From: Squalus acanthias
Lineage: Eukaryota
Direction of reading: 5' to 3'
Assembly (NCBI GenBank): GCA_030390025.1
Contig: JASTWF010000035.1
Location: 3,782,001-3,846,000 of the forward strand
DNA length: 64,000 nt
The notes beneath the pieces are model-generated. The model was not told the DNA's origin, ran no database searches, and saw only the letters and a program-made list of their open reading frames with translations. Shown here in pieces: positions 36,410-49,359 of the stretch. Made by a program: the position numbers and the translations under genes. Within the stretch, counting starts at the first letter, position 1. Every line of letters starts with the position of its first letter.

Positions 36410-39400
36410 CTATTCAGTCCCATTCCCCCGCTCTATCCCCGTAGCCCTACAAGTTTATTTTCCTCAAGTGCCTATCCAGTCTCCCCTTGAAAACATTGAG
36501 TGTCTCCGCTTCCACCACTTCCGTCGGCAACGAATTCCAGATCATCACCACTCGCTGTGTAAAAAAGTTTTTCCTCACATCCCCCCTGTATCTCTTGCAC
36601 AAAACCTTAAATCTGTGTCCCCTAGTCTGTACCAACAACTAGTGGGAACAGCCTTTCCTCGTCTAGCCTATCCAAACCTGTCATAATCTTGTACACCTCT
36701 ATCAAATCACCCCTCAACCTCCTTTGCTCTAATGAAAACAAATCCAGCTTCTCCAACCTGTCCTTGTAGCTAAGATCCCCCATTCCCCCATCCCCGGAAC
36801 CATTCTGGTAAATCTCCTCTGCACCCTCTCAAGGGCCTTCATATCCTTCCTAAAGTGTGGTAACCAGAACTGGACGCAATACTCCAGTTGTGGCCTAACC
36901 AGCGTTTTATAAAGGTTCAGCATAACATCTCTACTTTTGTACTCAATACCTCTATTTATGAAGCCCAAGATCCCATATGCTTTGTTAACCACTCTCTCAA
37001 TATGTACTGCCACCTTCAGGGACCTATGCACATTAACTCCTTCAAGAAGCATTTAGATGAGCACTTGAAACGCCATAGCATACAAGGCTACGGATCAAGT
37101 GCTGGAAAATGGGATTAGAATAGATAGGGCTTGACGGCCGGCGCGGACACGATGGGCCGAAGGGACTCTTTCTGTGCTGTATAATTCTATGACTCTATGA
37201 ACTCCGAGGTCTCTCTGTCCCTGCACACTCTTTAAAACTGTGCCATTAAGTGTATATTGCCTCTCCCTGTTCCTTCTGCCAAAATGCATCACCTCATACT
37301 TCTCTGTATTAAATTCCATCTGCCACTTGTCTGCCCATTCTGCTAGCCTTTCTATGTCCTGTTACAGTCAATTGGTATTATCCTCACTGTTTGCCACACC
37401 CCCAAGTTTGGTGTCATTGGCAAATTTAGAAATTCTACTCTATTCCAATATCCAGGTAATTTATTTCAAAAAAGCAGTGGCCCCAGCACTGACCCTTGGG
37501 GAACACCACTGTCTACCATCCTACAGTCTGAAAAACAGCCATTTACCACAACTCGCTGTTTTCTGTCCTGAAGCCAATTCCTTATCCAAGCTGCCACTGA
37601 CCCACCTATTCCATGCGCCGCAATTTTGTTAACCAGCCTTCTATGTGGTACTTTGTCAGACGCCTTCCGAAAATCCATGTAGACAACATCCATTACATTC
37701 CCTTTATCAATCCTCTCTGTTACTTCATCAAACAATTGAATTAGACTAGTCAAACACGATCTGCCTTTTACAAATCCGTGTTGGCTCTCCTTAATTAGCT
37801 TAAACCTCTCCAAATGCCTGTTAATTTTTTCCTTGATTATTGTTTCTAAAACTTTACCCACCACTGATAAACTGTCTGGCCTGTAGTTACTAGGATTGTC
37901 CTTACACCCTTTCTTGAACAATGGTGTCACATTTGCCACTTTCCAATCCTCAAGCACCTCCCCCGCATCTAGGGAAGATTGGAAAATTATGGCAAGCCCT
38001 TCCACTATCTCCTCCCCTAATTCCCTTAGCAATCTGGGATGCAAGCCATCTGGACCAAGCGACTTGTCCACTCTAAGCATACCCAGCCTTTCTAGTACAT
38101 CCTGTCCATCAATTTTCACCCCTTCCATTGCTTCTACCTTTTCCACTTCTACCGATATTTTATCAGCATCCACCTCCTTAGTAAACACCGATACAAAGTA
38201 CTCATTGAGTATTCTAGCCTTGCCCTGCGCCTCTCAGCATATATCACCTTCTTTGTCTTTAATAGGCCCCACCCCACCTCTTACTACCCGCTTACTGTTT
38301 ACATGCCAGTAGAAGATTTTTGGGTTCCCTTTTATGTTAACCACCATTCTACTCTCATATTCTTTCTTTGCCAATCTTATTTTTATCCTCACTCAACTTA
38401 CTGTATTTGGTCTGGTTCTCCCTTGAAGAATTCACCTGAAATTCATCTTACACCCTCTTTTTATGTTTCATGATCTTCTCTATCTCCCTCGTCATCTAAG
38501 GATCTCCTCCTTAAAGATCTCCCATTGGTCCGTTACAGTTTTTCCTGCCAGTCTTTGTTTCCATTTTACCCTGGCTAGATCCTTTTGCATCCCATTGAAG
38601 TTAGCCCTATTCCAGTTTAGAAGTTCCACTCTAGATTGTTCCTTGCTCCTCTCCATTGCTAATCTAAATCTTATGATATGATGATCACTCATACCCAAGT
38701 GTTCTTCCACAGACACTTGGTCGACCTGGCCCACCTCATTCCCCAGCACCAGATCCAGCAATGCCTCCTTCCTCGTTGGGCCAAGAACATACTGGTCAAG
38801 GAAATTCTCCTGAACACATTTCAGAAATTCCTCCCCCTCCTTTCCCTTTACTCTAGCAATATTTGGGTAATTAAGGTCCCCCAATATCACCACTCTATAG
38901 CTCTTATATATCTCTGCGATTTCCCTGCAGATTTGCTCCTCTACCTCCCTCTCACTATTTGGAGGCCTGTAGAATACCCCCAATAGTGTGATTATACCCT
39001 TTTGCTCATCAACTCTAACCAAATGGCTTCTGTCCCCTCAAGAACATCCTCCCTTTCAAATACTACAATGTCTTCCTTAATCAGCACTGCCACCCCACCT
39101 CCCTTTTTTCCTTCCCTATCTTTTCTGAACACCTTGTACCCTTGAATATTAAGTGCCCAGTCCTCACCATTTTTAAGCCACATTTCCGTTATTACCACAT
39201 CATATTGCCACACAGCTAATTGTGCTTGTAGCTCACCAACCTTATTCACCATACTTTGTGCGTTTACATACATGCATTCTAAACCCATTTTTGAATTTTT
39301 TGTAGTCTTTCTTAGTCTGCTCCTATCTAATATGGTACTAGAAACATAGAAGATAGGAGCAGGAGCAGGCCATTCAGCCCCTCGAGCCTGCTCCGCCATT

Positions 39401-41365
39401 CAATTCGATCATGGCTGATCATCCAAATTCAGTACCCTGTCCCTGCCTTCTCTCCATATTCCTTGATCCCTTTAGCTTTAAGAAATATATCTAACTCCTT
39501 CTTGAATATATTTAATGAATTGGCCTCTACTGCCTTCTGTGGTAGAGAATTCCACAGGTTCACCACTCTCTGGGTGAAGAAATTCCTTCTCATCTCAGTC
39601 CTAAATGGCTTACCCCTTATCCTTAGACTGTGACCCCCTGGTTCTGGACTCCCCTGCCATCGGGAACATCCTTCCTGCATCTAGTCTGTCTAGTCCTGTT
39701 AGAATTTTATAAGTTTCAATGAGATCCCCACTCATTCTTCTAAACTCCAGCGAGTATAAGCCCAATCGACCCAATCTCTCCTCATACGTCATTCCTGCCA
39801 TCCCAGGTATCAGCCTTGTGAATCTTCGCTGCACTCCCTCCATGGCAAGAACATCCTTCCTCAGATGAGGATACTACTACCGCCTCTAGTACTATTTTCT
39901 TCTCTAGTACTATCCAACACACTCACTCTTTTATGCACCTTATTCCTCTTTTCTACTCCTATATGCTGGTGCCCATCCCCCTGCCAAGTTAGTTTAAACC
40001 CTCCCCAACAGCACTAACAAACTTCCCCGCGAGAATATTGGCCCCGGCTCTGTTGAGGTGTAACCCGTCCGGCTTCCCCAGAAACGGTTCCAATGCCTCA
40101 GGAATCTAAAGCCATCCCTCCTGCACCATCTCTCCAGCCACGCAATCATCTGCTCTATCCTCCTATTCCTGTACTCATTAGCACGTGGCACCGGGAGTCA
40201 TCTGGAGATTACTACCTTTGAGGTCCTGCTTTTTAATCTCTTTCCTAGCTCCCTAAACTCTGCCTGCAGGACCTCATCCCTCTTTCTGCCGATGTCGTTG
40301 GTACCGATATGGACGACTACCTCTGGCTGTTCACCCTCCCCCCTCAGAGTGTCCTGCAGCCGCTCAGTGACATCCTTGACCCTGGCACCAAGGAGGCAAC
40401 ATACCATCCTGGAGTTCCGTCTACGGCCGCAGAAACGCCACTGCTCCACTAACTATCGAATCCCCTACCACTATTGCTCTTCCACTCTTTTTCCTTCCCC
40501 ATCGTGCAGCTGAGCCACCCGTGGTGCCATGGACTTGACTCTGGCTGCACTCCCCAGAGGAACCATCGCCGTCACCAGTACTCAGGACAGAATACTGGTT
40601 GGAGAGCACGATGCATTCCGGGGACTCCTGCACTACCTACCTGGTCCTCCTCTTGTGTCTGGCGGTCACCCATTCCCTCTCTGCCTGCATACTCTTAAGC
40701 TGCGGGGTGACCACCTCTAGAAACGTGCTATCTATGTAACTCTCAGCCTCGCGGATGAACTGCAGTGACTCCAGCCGCCGCTCTATCTCTGAAACCTGGA
40801 GCTCGAGTTGCCGTAGCTAGCTACACTTCCTGCACATGTGGTCGTCCAGGCTATAGCGAAGCGTCCAGGACTTCTGACATGGCACAGGATGTGCACTCCA
40901 CGGGACTGAGCTGCCCTGCCATGCCTCTATTTATAAGAACTAACCCAGCAGAAATAAACTTAAAACTTAACAAAAAGCACTCTCCAGCTACTCACCAATC
41001 AGTTCTTTCCCTCTATTTAATAGGCTATTAACTAACTTAGCAGAAATAAACTTAAAAAAAATACACTCACCAGCTACTCACCAATTAGCTCCTTCCTTTG
41101 TGCCGATGTCACTTTTTTTTACTCTGACGTCACTTTTTCAAAAAGTGCCTCTGTTGAGTTGCTGCCGCTCCTTTCAACTGCTCCGCTCTCGCTGTGCTCC
41201 CTCCACTCCTTCCGGTCTCAGGCTCCTGCCGCTCGGGACTGTTCCGCTCTCGCTGTGCTCCCACCAGGTGCACTCCTTCTGGTCTCAGCCTCCTGCTGCT
41301 CGGGACTGCACCTTTTAACTGCTCCGCTCTCGCTGTGCTCCCTCCATGTGCGTTCCTCTCGGTCT
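36410..41365 (-). mobile_element. Near full-length decayed CR1 (5' UTR, ORF1 zinc finger/esterase, ORF2 APE-RT) with nested CR1 3' pieces at 37031-37199 (+) and 39340-39870 (-)
   Basis: AIVVGDSIV and VVHIGTND (ORF1); MYVNAQS, GVFYRPP, GDLN, SDH, GVPQGSVLGP (ORF2); many lesions. Confidence 0.88.
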
Positions 41366-41374
41366 AAGGCAAAG

Positions 41375-41645
41375 TAATTGGTAGAAGGATTAGAGGGGAG
41401 TTGAGGAGCACTTTTTTCACCCAGAGTGTGGTGGAGGTCTGAATCTCCCTGCCTGAAAGAGTGGTAGAGGCAGAAACCCTAATTGCATTTAAAAAGTACT
41501 TGGATATGCATTGAAGTTCCATAACCTACAAGGCTACGGACCAAGAGCTGGAAAGTGAGTTTAGGCTGGATAGCTCTTTTTGGCCGGCGCAGACACAATG
41601 GGCCGAATGGCCTCTTTCTGTGCCGTAATTTCAATGATTCTATGA
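41375..41645 (+). mobile_element. CR1 3' end fragment
   Basis: ttttttcacccagagtgtggtg...atgattctatgatt tail. Confidence 0.8.
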
Positions 41646-42765
41646 TTTAGTACTTCAGCCATGCCCTCTGCTTCCACAAGAAGATCTCCTTTTTGGTCCC
41701 TAATCGGCCCCACCCTTCCTTTGACTACCCTTTTACTATTTATGTGTTTATCAAAGACTTTTTGGTTCCCTTTTCCGTTAGCCGCTAATCTATTCTCATA
41801 CTATTTTCCCCTCTTACTCCCCTTTTCAGTTCTTCTCTGTGCTTTTTGTGTTCAGCTTGTCCCTATACTGTGTTATGAGCCTAACACTTATCATAAGCCT
41901 CCTTTTTCTGTTTCATTTTATAATCTCTATGGTCCGGATTTTGCGGTCAGCGGCGAAGGAACAGCGCTCACTGTTCATCTTGCTGACAGCTGCCCATAAT
42001 GTTTTTGTGGGTTTTTGAGCAGAGACTTGCTCAAATCCGGTGTCTGATCCAGCACGGCGCCCTCTACAGGGGATCTGGCGTATGTGAGTAGGGAAAGCAA
42101 CAGCGAGGATCTTCAACCAATCAGATTGAAGAATCTTTCATAGCAGGAAGTATAAATTCGATTTGGAAAGACAGATGGGATTAAGAGAGGGAGATAAAAA
42201 GAGGCAGACAGAAAAAGTAAAAAAAATTAATTAAAAAAAATCTCCAACACTAATTAATTCTCAAGCAATGAGACTTCTCACTTGTAAAATTCAATTTTCA
42301 GTGCCAGAGAGGTTGTTTGGCAGTAATTATCACTTATCACGCTGTTAAAAATTCACTTACTCCTGAATGCACCAGACCTAACTTTTTCTGGCGTCTTTAG
42401 TGTGGAACTAGTAGGCAAGTACCCCAACTTCATGCCATTGCATGTCTTTCAATGCCGAGTGTATTGGTGAGGACTGCAACAGCGCACCCTGTGGAGGAGC
42501 AGGGTATCTCCGACAGCCGCTTCCGGATTTCCGCATTTAGCTGCATATGTGCGGACGCCGGAAGTTGCTGCCTAATTTACTCCATAATAACGGTGAGCGC
42601 GGTTAGCTTCCTCGTTATTATCTACGCTAAATCCGGGCTAATATCTTTAGTCATCCAGGGAGCTCCACCTTTGGAAACCCTTCCTTTCTAAAGATCCTAC
42701 AGCCTGGAATGTTTAGCTCCCAATCATGCTCAGGTTTTAGTCAGATCTCTTTATTGGCAACTGCT
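41646..42765 (-). mobile_element. Decayed, internally deleted CR1 ORF2 fragment hosting a TIR element
   Basis: Reverse complement of the linker region (KSRVVKGRVGPIRDQKG). Confidence 0.6.
41931..42639. mobile_element. Non-autonomous TIR element (Harbinger-like)
   Basis: Left GGTCCGGATTTTGCG, right CGCTAAATCCGGGCT (12/15 inverted match); flanks TAT and AAT; second copy at 7468-9250. Confidence 0.7.
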
Positions 42766-44990
42766 TAGAATCATAGAAACATAGAAACTTGCAGCACAGA
42801 AGGAGGCCATTCGGCCCGTCATGTGTGTGCTGGCTCTGTCCCACTTAGTCCCACACAGTCGTGCTTAGTCCCACTTCCCCGCTTTTTGCCTGTAACCCTG
42901 TAAGTTCCTCATCCTCAAGTACCTGTCTAACTCCCTTTTAAAATTATTGATGGAATCGACTTCCACCACGTTGTCAGGTAGAGCAGTCCAGATTCCACAA
43001 CTCTCCGAGTGAAAAAAATTCTCCTCATCTCCCCTCTAGATCTTTTGCCAATGATTTTGAATCTGTGACTTCTAGTTATTGACTCACTCAACAGAGGGAA
43101 TACTTTTATCCCTATTTACTCTATCAAAACCTCTCATCTCTAAGGATATGGTGTTAAGGAAGCTAAAGGGATTGAAGGCGGACAAATCCCCAGGGCCTGA
43201 TAACATGCATCCTAGGGTACTGAAGGAGGTGGCCCTAGAGATAGCGGATGCACTAAGTATGATTTTTCAGAATTCATTAGACTCGGGAACAGTGCCCATG
43301 GATTGGAGGGTAGCTAACGTTACCCCACTATTCAAAAAGGGGGGTAGGGAAAAAGCAGGTAATTACAGACCTGTAAGCCTTACATCAGTTGTGGGCAAAA
43401 TGCTGGAGTCCATCATTAAGGATGAAATAGCGGAGCACTTAGCAAATGGGGACAGGATAGGACAGAGTCAACATGGATTTACAAAGGGTAAATCGTGCTT
43501 GACTAATCTATTGGAATTTTTTGAGGGAGTAACTGGTAAAATAGATGGGGGAGAGCCAGTAGATGTGGTGTACCTGGACTTCCAAAAGGCCTTCGACAAG
43601 GTCCCACATAAAAGATTAGCATGGAAAATTGAAGCTCATGGGATAAAGGGGAAAGTATTGACGTGGATAGAGAACTGGCTGTCAGATAGAAAACAGAGAG
43701 TTGGAATAAACGGCTCATTTTCTGAATGGCAGGCAGTAACAAGTGGGGTACCGCAGGGATCTGTCCTGGGTCCCCAGCTGTTCACAATTTACATTAATGA
43801 CCTGGATCAGGGAGTCGGATGCAGCATTTCCAAATTTGCAGACAACACTAAACTAGGAGGGGGGGTGGGCTCAGAGGAGGAGACCAGGAAGCTCCAGAGC
43901 GATTTGGACAGACTGGGTGATTGGGCGGATAAATGGCAGATGCACTATAATGTGGACAAGTGCGAAGTTATCCACCTTGGGTGCAGGAACGGGAGGGCAA
44001 ATTATTATTTAAATGGCAATAAATTGGGAGAGGGGGAAGTACAGAGAGACCTGGGTGTTCTTGTACACCAGTCACTGAAGGCGAGCATGCAGGTGCAACA
44101 GGCGGTCAAGAAGGCAAACGGTATGCTGGCCTTCATAGCAAAAGGGTTGGAATACAGGAACAGGGATACCTTGCTGCAGTTGTACAGGGCACTGGTGAGA
44201 CCACACCTCGAGTACTGTGTACAGTTTTGGTCGCCTCATCTGAGGAAAGATGTTCTTGCCATGGAGGGGGTGCAGCGGCGATTCACCAGGCTGATACCAG
44301 GAATGGCGGGATTGACCTATGAGGAGAGACTATGTAGTTTAGGGATGTACACACTGGAGTTTAGAAGATTGAGAGGGGACCTCATAGAAGTGTATAAAAT
44401 TCTGACAGGTCTAGACAGACTAGATGCAGAAGGAATGTTTCCCTTGGCGGGTGAGAACAGAACTAGAGGACATAATTTAAGGATAAGGGCTAAACCATTT
44501 AGGACAGAAATGAGGGGGAATTTCTTCACTCAGAGGGTGGTGAACCTGTGGAACTCATTGCCACAGAGGGCAGTGTACGCCAGCTCATTAAATATATTTA
44601 AGAGGGAATTAGATATATTTCTACAGGCAAAAGGGGTTAAGGGTTACGGAGAGAAGGCGGGGACGGGATACTGAATTGGAGGATCAGCCATGATCTCATT
44701 AAATGGCGGAGCAGGCTCGAAGGGCCGGATGGCCTACTCCTGCTCCTATCTTCTATGTATCTATGTATCTTGAAACCCTCTATTAGCTCACCTTCAACAT
44801 TCTCTGTACCAAGGAGAACAGTCCTAACTTTCCAAACTCTCCTAACAACTGAAGTCCCTCATCCCTGGTAACATCCTGGTAAAACTTCTCTGTACCCTTT
44901 CTAATGCCTTTACATCTTTCCTAAAATGTGGTGCCCAGAATTGTCCACAGTAATCCAGCTGAGGCCTAACCAGTGATTTTTAGCAGGATC
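42766..44990 (-). mobile_element. Older CR1 3' fragment split by a young CR1
   Basis: tagaatcatagaaacatag tail; the host sequence resumes at tgaaaccctctattag (44771). Confidence 0.75.
43136..44770 (+). mobile_element. Very young 5'-truncated CR1, near-identical to 31122-33247, with the RT catalytic motif changed to FADN
   Basis: Open ORF to 44674 differing at only a few residues (E>G, D>N, N>D); same tail. Confidence 0.97.
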
Positions 44991-45253
44991 TCATTGCTTT
45001 TTTCATACCCTTTAAGCTCAATTTGTGCTTCTCACTCCTTTATTTTATTTCTTATGCCCTGTGCATTGTGCACAGAAGCAATATCTGGGTAACTGTCCCC
45101 AGGCTATGGGCCCTGACAACATCCCGGCTGTCGTGCTGAAGACTTGTGCTCCAGAACTAGCCACGCCTCTAGCCAAGCTGTTCCAGTACAGCTACAACAC
45201 TGGCATCTACCCAACAATGTGGAAAACTGCCCAGGTATGTCCTGTCCACATAA

Positions 45254-45463
45254 TGGTCATGATGCGGAGATGCCGGTGTTGGACTGGGGTGGACAAAAAT
45301 GAGAAGTCGCACAACACCAGGTTATAGTCCAACAGTTTTATTTGAAATCACAAGCTTTCGGAGCTTACGTGGCACCTGAGGAAGGGGCCACGTAAGCTCC
45401 GAAAGCCTGTGATTTCAAATAAAACTGTTGGACTATAACCTGGTGTTGTGCGACTTCTCATTT
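45254..45463 (-). mobile_element. Shorter fold-back Penelope-like element, same family as 13327-13683
   Basis: Inverted arms at about 45289-45373 and 45387-45471; the tail is on the left as its reverse complement; 12-bp TSD CTGTCCACATAA at 45242-45253 and 45464-45475. Confidence 0.75.
45373..45412 (+). ncRNA. Minimal hammerhead motif variant, probably impaired
   Basis: CAC-CTGAGGA-A-GGGGC(CACGTAA)GCTCC-GAAA-GC-CT-GTG; the AAGCTT palindrome is changed to AAGCCT. Confidence 0.55.
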
Positions 45464-46352
45464 CTGTCCACATAAAGCAGGACAAATCCAATCCGGCCAA
45501 TTACCGCCCCATCAGTCTACTCTCAATCATCAGCAAAGTGATGGAAGGTGTTGTCGACAGTGCTATCAAGTGGCACTTACTCACCAATAACCTGCTCACC
45601 GATGCTCAGTTGGGGTTCCGCCAGGACCACTTGGCTCCAGACCTCATTACAGCCTTGGTCCAAACATGGATAAAAGAGCTGAATTCCAGAGGTGAGGTGA
45701 GAGTGACTGCCCGTGACATCAAGGCAGCATTTAACCGAGTGTGGCATCAAAGAGCCCTAGTAAAAATGAAGTCAATGGGAATCAGGGGAAAACTCTCCAC
45801 TGGCTGGAGTCATACCTAGCACAAAGGAAGCTGGTTGTGGTTGTTAGAGGTCAATCATCTCATCCCCAGGACATAGCTGCAGGAGTTCCTCAGGGCAGTA
45901 TATCCTAGGCCCAACCATCTTCAGCTGCTTCATCAATGACCTTCCCTCCATCATAAGGTCAGAAGTGGGGATGTTCGCTGATGACTGCACAGTGTTCAGT
46001 TCCATTCGCAACTCCTCAGATAATGAAGCAGTCCATGCCCGCATGCAGCAAGACCTGGACAACATTCAGGCTTGGGCTGATAAGTGGCAAGTAATATTCG
46101 TGCCACAGAAGTGCCAGGCAATGACTATCTCCAACAAGCGAGAGTCTAACTACCTCCCCATGACATTCAAAGGCATAACCATCACCGAATCCCCCACTAT
46201 CAACATCCTGGGGGTCACCATTGACCAGAAACTTAACTGGACCAGCCACATAAATACCGTGGCAACAAGAGCAGGTCAGAGGCTGGGTATTCTGCAGCGA
46301 GTATCTCACCTCCTGACTCCCCAAAGCCTTTCCACCATCTACAAGGCACAAG

Positions 46353-48753
46353 GGATAGATACTGATCTCTGCAGCCGCGACCGAGAGTTCCGAAGGTTGT
46401 TTTGCCTGCCCGCTGCCAGGGTTAAAGACATCTCCTCTCGGCTGGAGAAGAACTTGGAGTGGGAGGGGGGAGGATCCAGTTGTGGTCCACGTAGGAACCA
46501 ACGACATAGGTAGAACTAGGAATGAGGTTCTGCTGAGGGAGTTTGAGGAGCTAGGATCCAAATTAAAAAGCAGAACCTCAAGGGTAATAATCTCTGGATT
46601 GTTACCTGAGCCACACGTAAATTGGCATAGGGACAAACAGATTAGAGGTTTAAATGCGTGGCTCAGAGAGTGGTGTGGGAGGAAGGGGTTTCGGTTCATG
46701 GGGCACTGGCACCAGCACTGGGGAAAGAGGGAGCTGGTCCGTTGGGACAGGCTCCACTTAAACCGGGCTGGGACCAGTGTCTTGGCGAACCGAATAACTA
46801 GGGCAGCAGACAGGGCTTTGAACTAATGAAGGGGAGGCCAGATGATTCAGGAAATAGTAAATTTAAAAGCAGTGAGAGAAATGTCAAGGCTCCAGAGCAG
46901 AGTTTTAGGTAAAAATAAACAGAGTGGATCAGGAAGGGACAGAGAGAGTAACAAAGGTAATAAGATATCAGTGACTAAGGTGACATCAGGGAAAAAGAGA
47001 AATAATCCAAAGCTAAAGGCACTATATCTGAATGCGTGAAGCATTCACATCAAAATAGATGAATTAATAGCGCAGATAGAAATTAACAGGTTCGATCTAA
47101 TCATGGGGGACATTAATCTACATATAGACTGGGCAAACCAAATTTGTAGTAATAGTGTGGAGGATGAATTCATGGAATGTATGCAAGATAGTTTTCTAGA
47201 TCAGTATGTTGAGGAACCAACTAGGGAACAGGCTATTTTAGATCTAGTATTGTGCAATGAGAAAGGGTTAATTAATAACCTTGTAGTAAAGGGGCCTTTA
47301 GGGAAGAGTGACCATAATATGGACAACCAGGGGTCTAGCGAGAATGAGGAACTGAAAGATATTAGTATTAGTAAAAAAGTAGTACTGGAGAAATTAATGG
47401 GACTGAAAGCCAATAAATCCCCTGGACCTGATGGCCTACATCCTAGGGTTTTGAAAGAGTTGGCTATAGAGATAGTGGATGCGTTGGTTGTCATTTTCCA
47501 AAATTCCATAGATTCTAGAAAAGTTCCCACGGATTGGAAGGTAGCAAATGTAACCCCACTATTTAAGAAAGGAGGGAGAGAGAAAACGGGGAACTACAAA
47601 CCAGTTAGCCTGACATCAGTAGCAGGGAAAATGCTAGAATCTATTATTAAGGACGTGGTAACAGGGCACTTAGAAAATAATAATAGGATTGGTCAGATTC
47701 AACATGGATTTATGAAAGGGAAATCGTGTTTGACAAATCTGTTAGAGTTTTTTGAAGTTGTAACTAGCAGAATAGATAAGGGGGAACAAGTGGATGTGGT
47801 GTATTTGGATATTCAGAAGGCATTCGATAAGGTGCCACACAAGAGGTTATTAAACAAAATTAGGGCTCATGGGATTAGGGGTAATATACTAGCATGGATT
47901 GAGGATTCGTTAACGGACAGAAAACAGAGAGTAGGAATAAACGGGTCATTTTCGGGTTGGCAGGCTGTAACTAGTGGGGTACTGCAAGGATCAGTGCTTG
48001 GGCCTTAGCTATTCACAATCTACATCAGTGATTTGGATGAGGGGACCAAATGTAATATATCCAGGTTTGCTGATGATACAAAGCTGGGTGGGAATGTAAG
48101 CAATTAGGAAAGCAAAGTTGGCCTTTATTACAAGAGGATTAGAGTATAAGAGTAAAGACATCTTAATGCAATTATTTAGGACCCTGGTGAGACCACACCT
48201 GGAGTATTGTGTACAGTTTTGGTCTCCTTACCTAAGGAAGGATATACTTGCCATAGAGGGAGTGCAACAAAGGTTCACCAGACTGGATCCTGGGATGGGG
48301 GGATTGTCCTATGAGGACAGATTGAGTAGACTTGGCCTATATTCTCTAGAGTTTAGAAGAATGAGAGGTGATCTCATTGAAACATACAAAATTCTTACAG
48401 GGCTTGACAGGGTAGATGCAGGGAGGATGTTTCCCCTGCTGGGGAGTCGAGAACCAGGGGTCACAGTCTCAGAATAAGGGGTCGGTCATTTGGGACTGAG
48501 ATGAGGAGAAATTTCTTCACTCAGAGGGTGGTGAATCTTTGGAATTCTCTACCCCAGAGGGCTGTGGAGGCTCAGTCGTTGAGTATATTCAAGACCGAGA
48601 TCGATAGATTTTTGAATATTAAGGGAATCAAGGGATATGGGGATAGTTCAGGAAAGTGGAGATGAGGTAGAAGATCAGCCATGATCTTATTGAATGGCAG
48701 AGCAGGCTCGAAGGGCCAAATGGCCGACTCCTGCTCCTATTTCTTATGTTCTT
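46353..48753 (+). mobile_element. Internally deleted CR1 (ORF1 esterase C-terminus, ORF2 pieces, 3' UTR)
   Basis: VHVGTND...WDRLHL, KALYLNA, RT motifs; AAG on both flanks. Confidence 0.9.
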
Positions 48754-49359
48754 AAGTCAGGAGTGTGATGGAATACTCTTTCCTGGATGAGTGTAGCTCC
48801 AACAACACTCAAGAAACTCGACACCATCCAGGACAAAGCAGCCCGCTGGATTGGCACCCCATCCACCACCTTAAACATTCACTCCCTCCACCACCGGCGC
48901 ACCATGACTGCAGTGTGTACCATCTACAAGATGCACTGCAGCAACTCGCCAAGGCTTCTTCGACAGCACCTCCCAAACCCGTAACCTCTACAACCTAGGA
49001 GGACAAGGGCAGCAGGCGCATGGGAACACCATCACCTGCAAGTTCCCCTCCAAGTCACACACATGACCCTGACTTGGAAATATATCGTCGTTCCTTTATC
49101 GTCGCTGGGTCAAAATCCTGGAACTCCCTCCCTAACAGCATTATGGGAGTACCTTTTCGCACGGACTGCAGCAGTTCAAGAAGGCGGCTCACCACCACCT
49201 TCTCAAGGGTAATTAGGGATGGGCAATAAATGCTGACATTGCCAGTGACGCCCACATCCCAGGAACTAATAAAAAAAACTTGCTCATCTGTCCTGCTGGT
49301 ATTTTTCTCCCACGTTTTGACTTGCAGTGTGGATATCTTGGGACTGGCCACATGGTCAT

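Larger units (their letters stand above)
45100..49278 (+). mobile_element. Second copy of the CR1/L2-group LINE (RT and 3' end) with two nested insertions
   Basis: AMGPDNIP, GFRQDH, MFADDCT; same 3' terminus as 24560-24647. Confidence 0.88.

Noticed and set aside
46016..46699. Antisense ORFs over LINEs (also 59562-60215, 58605-59132 and others)
   Set aside because: Shadow frames of LINE coding sequence; some cross insertion junctions.
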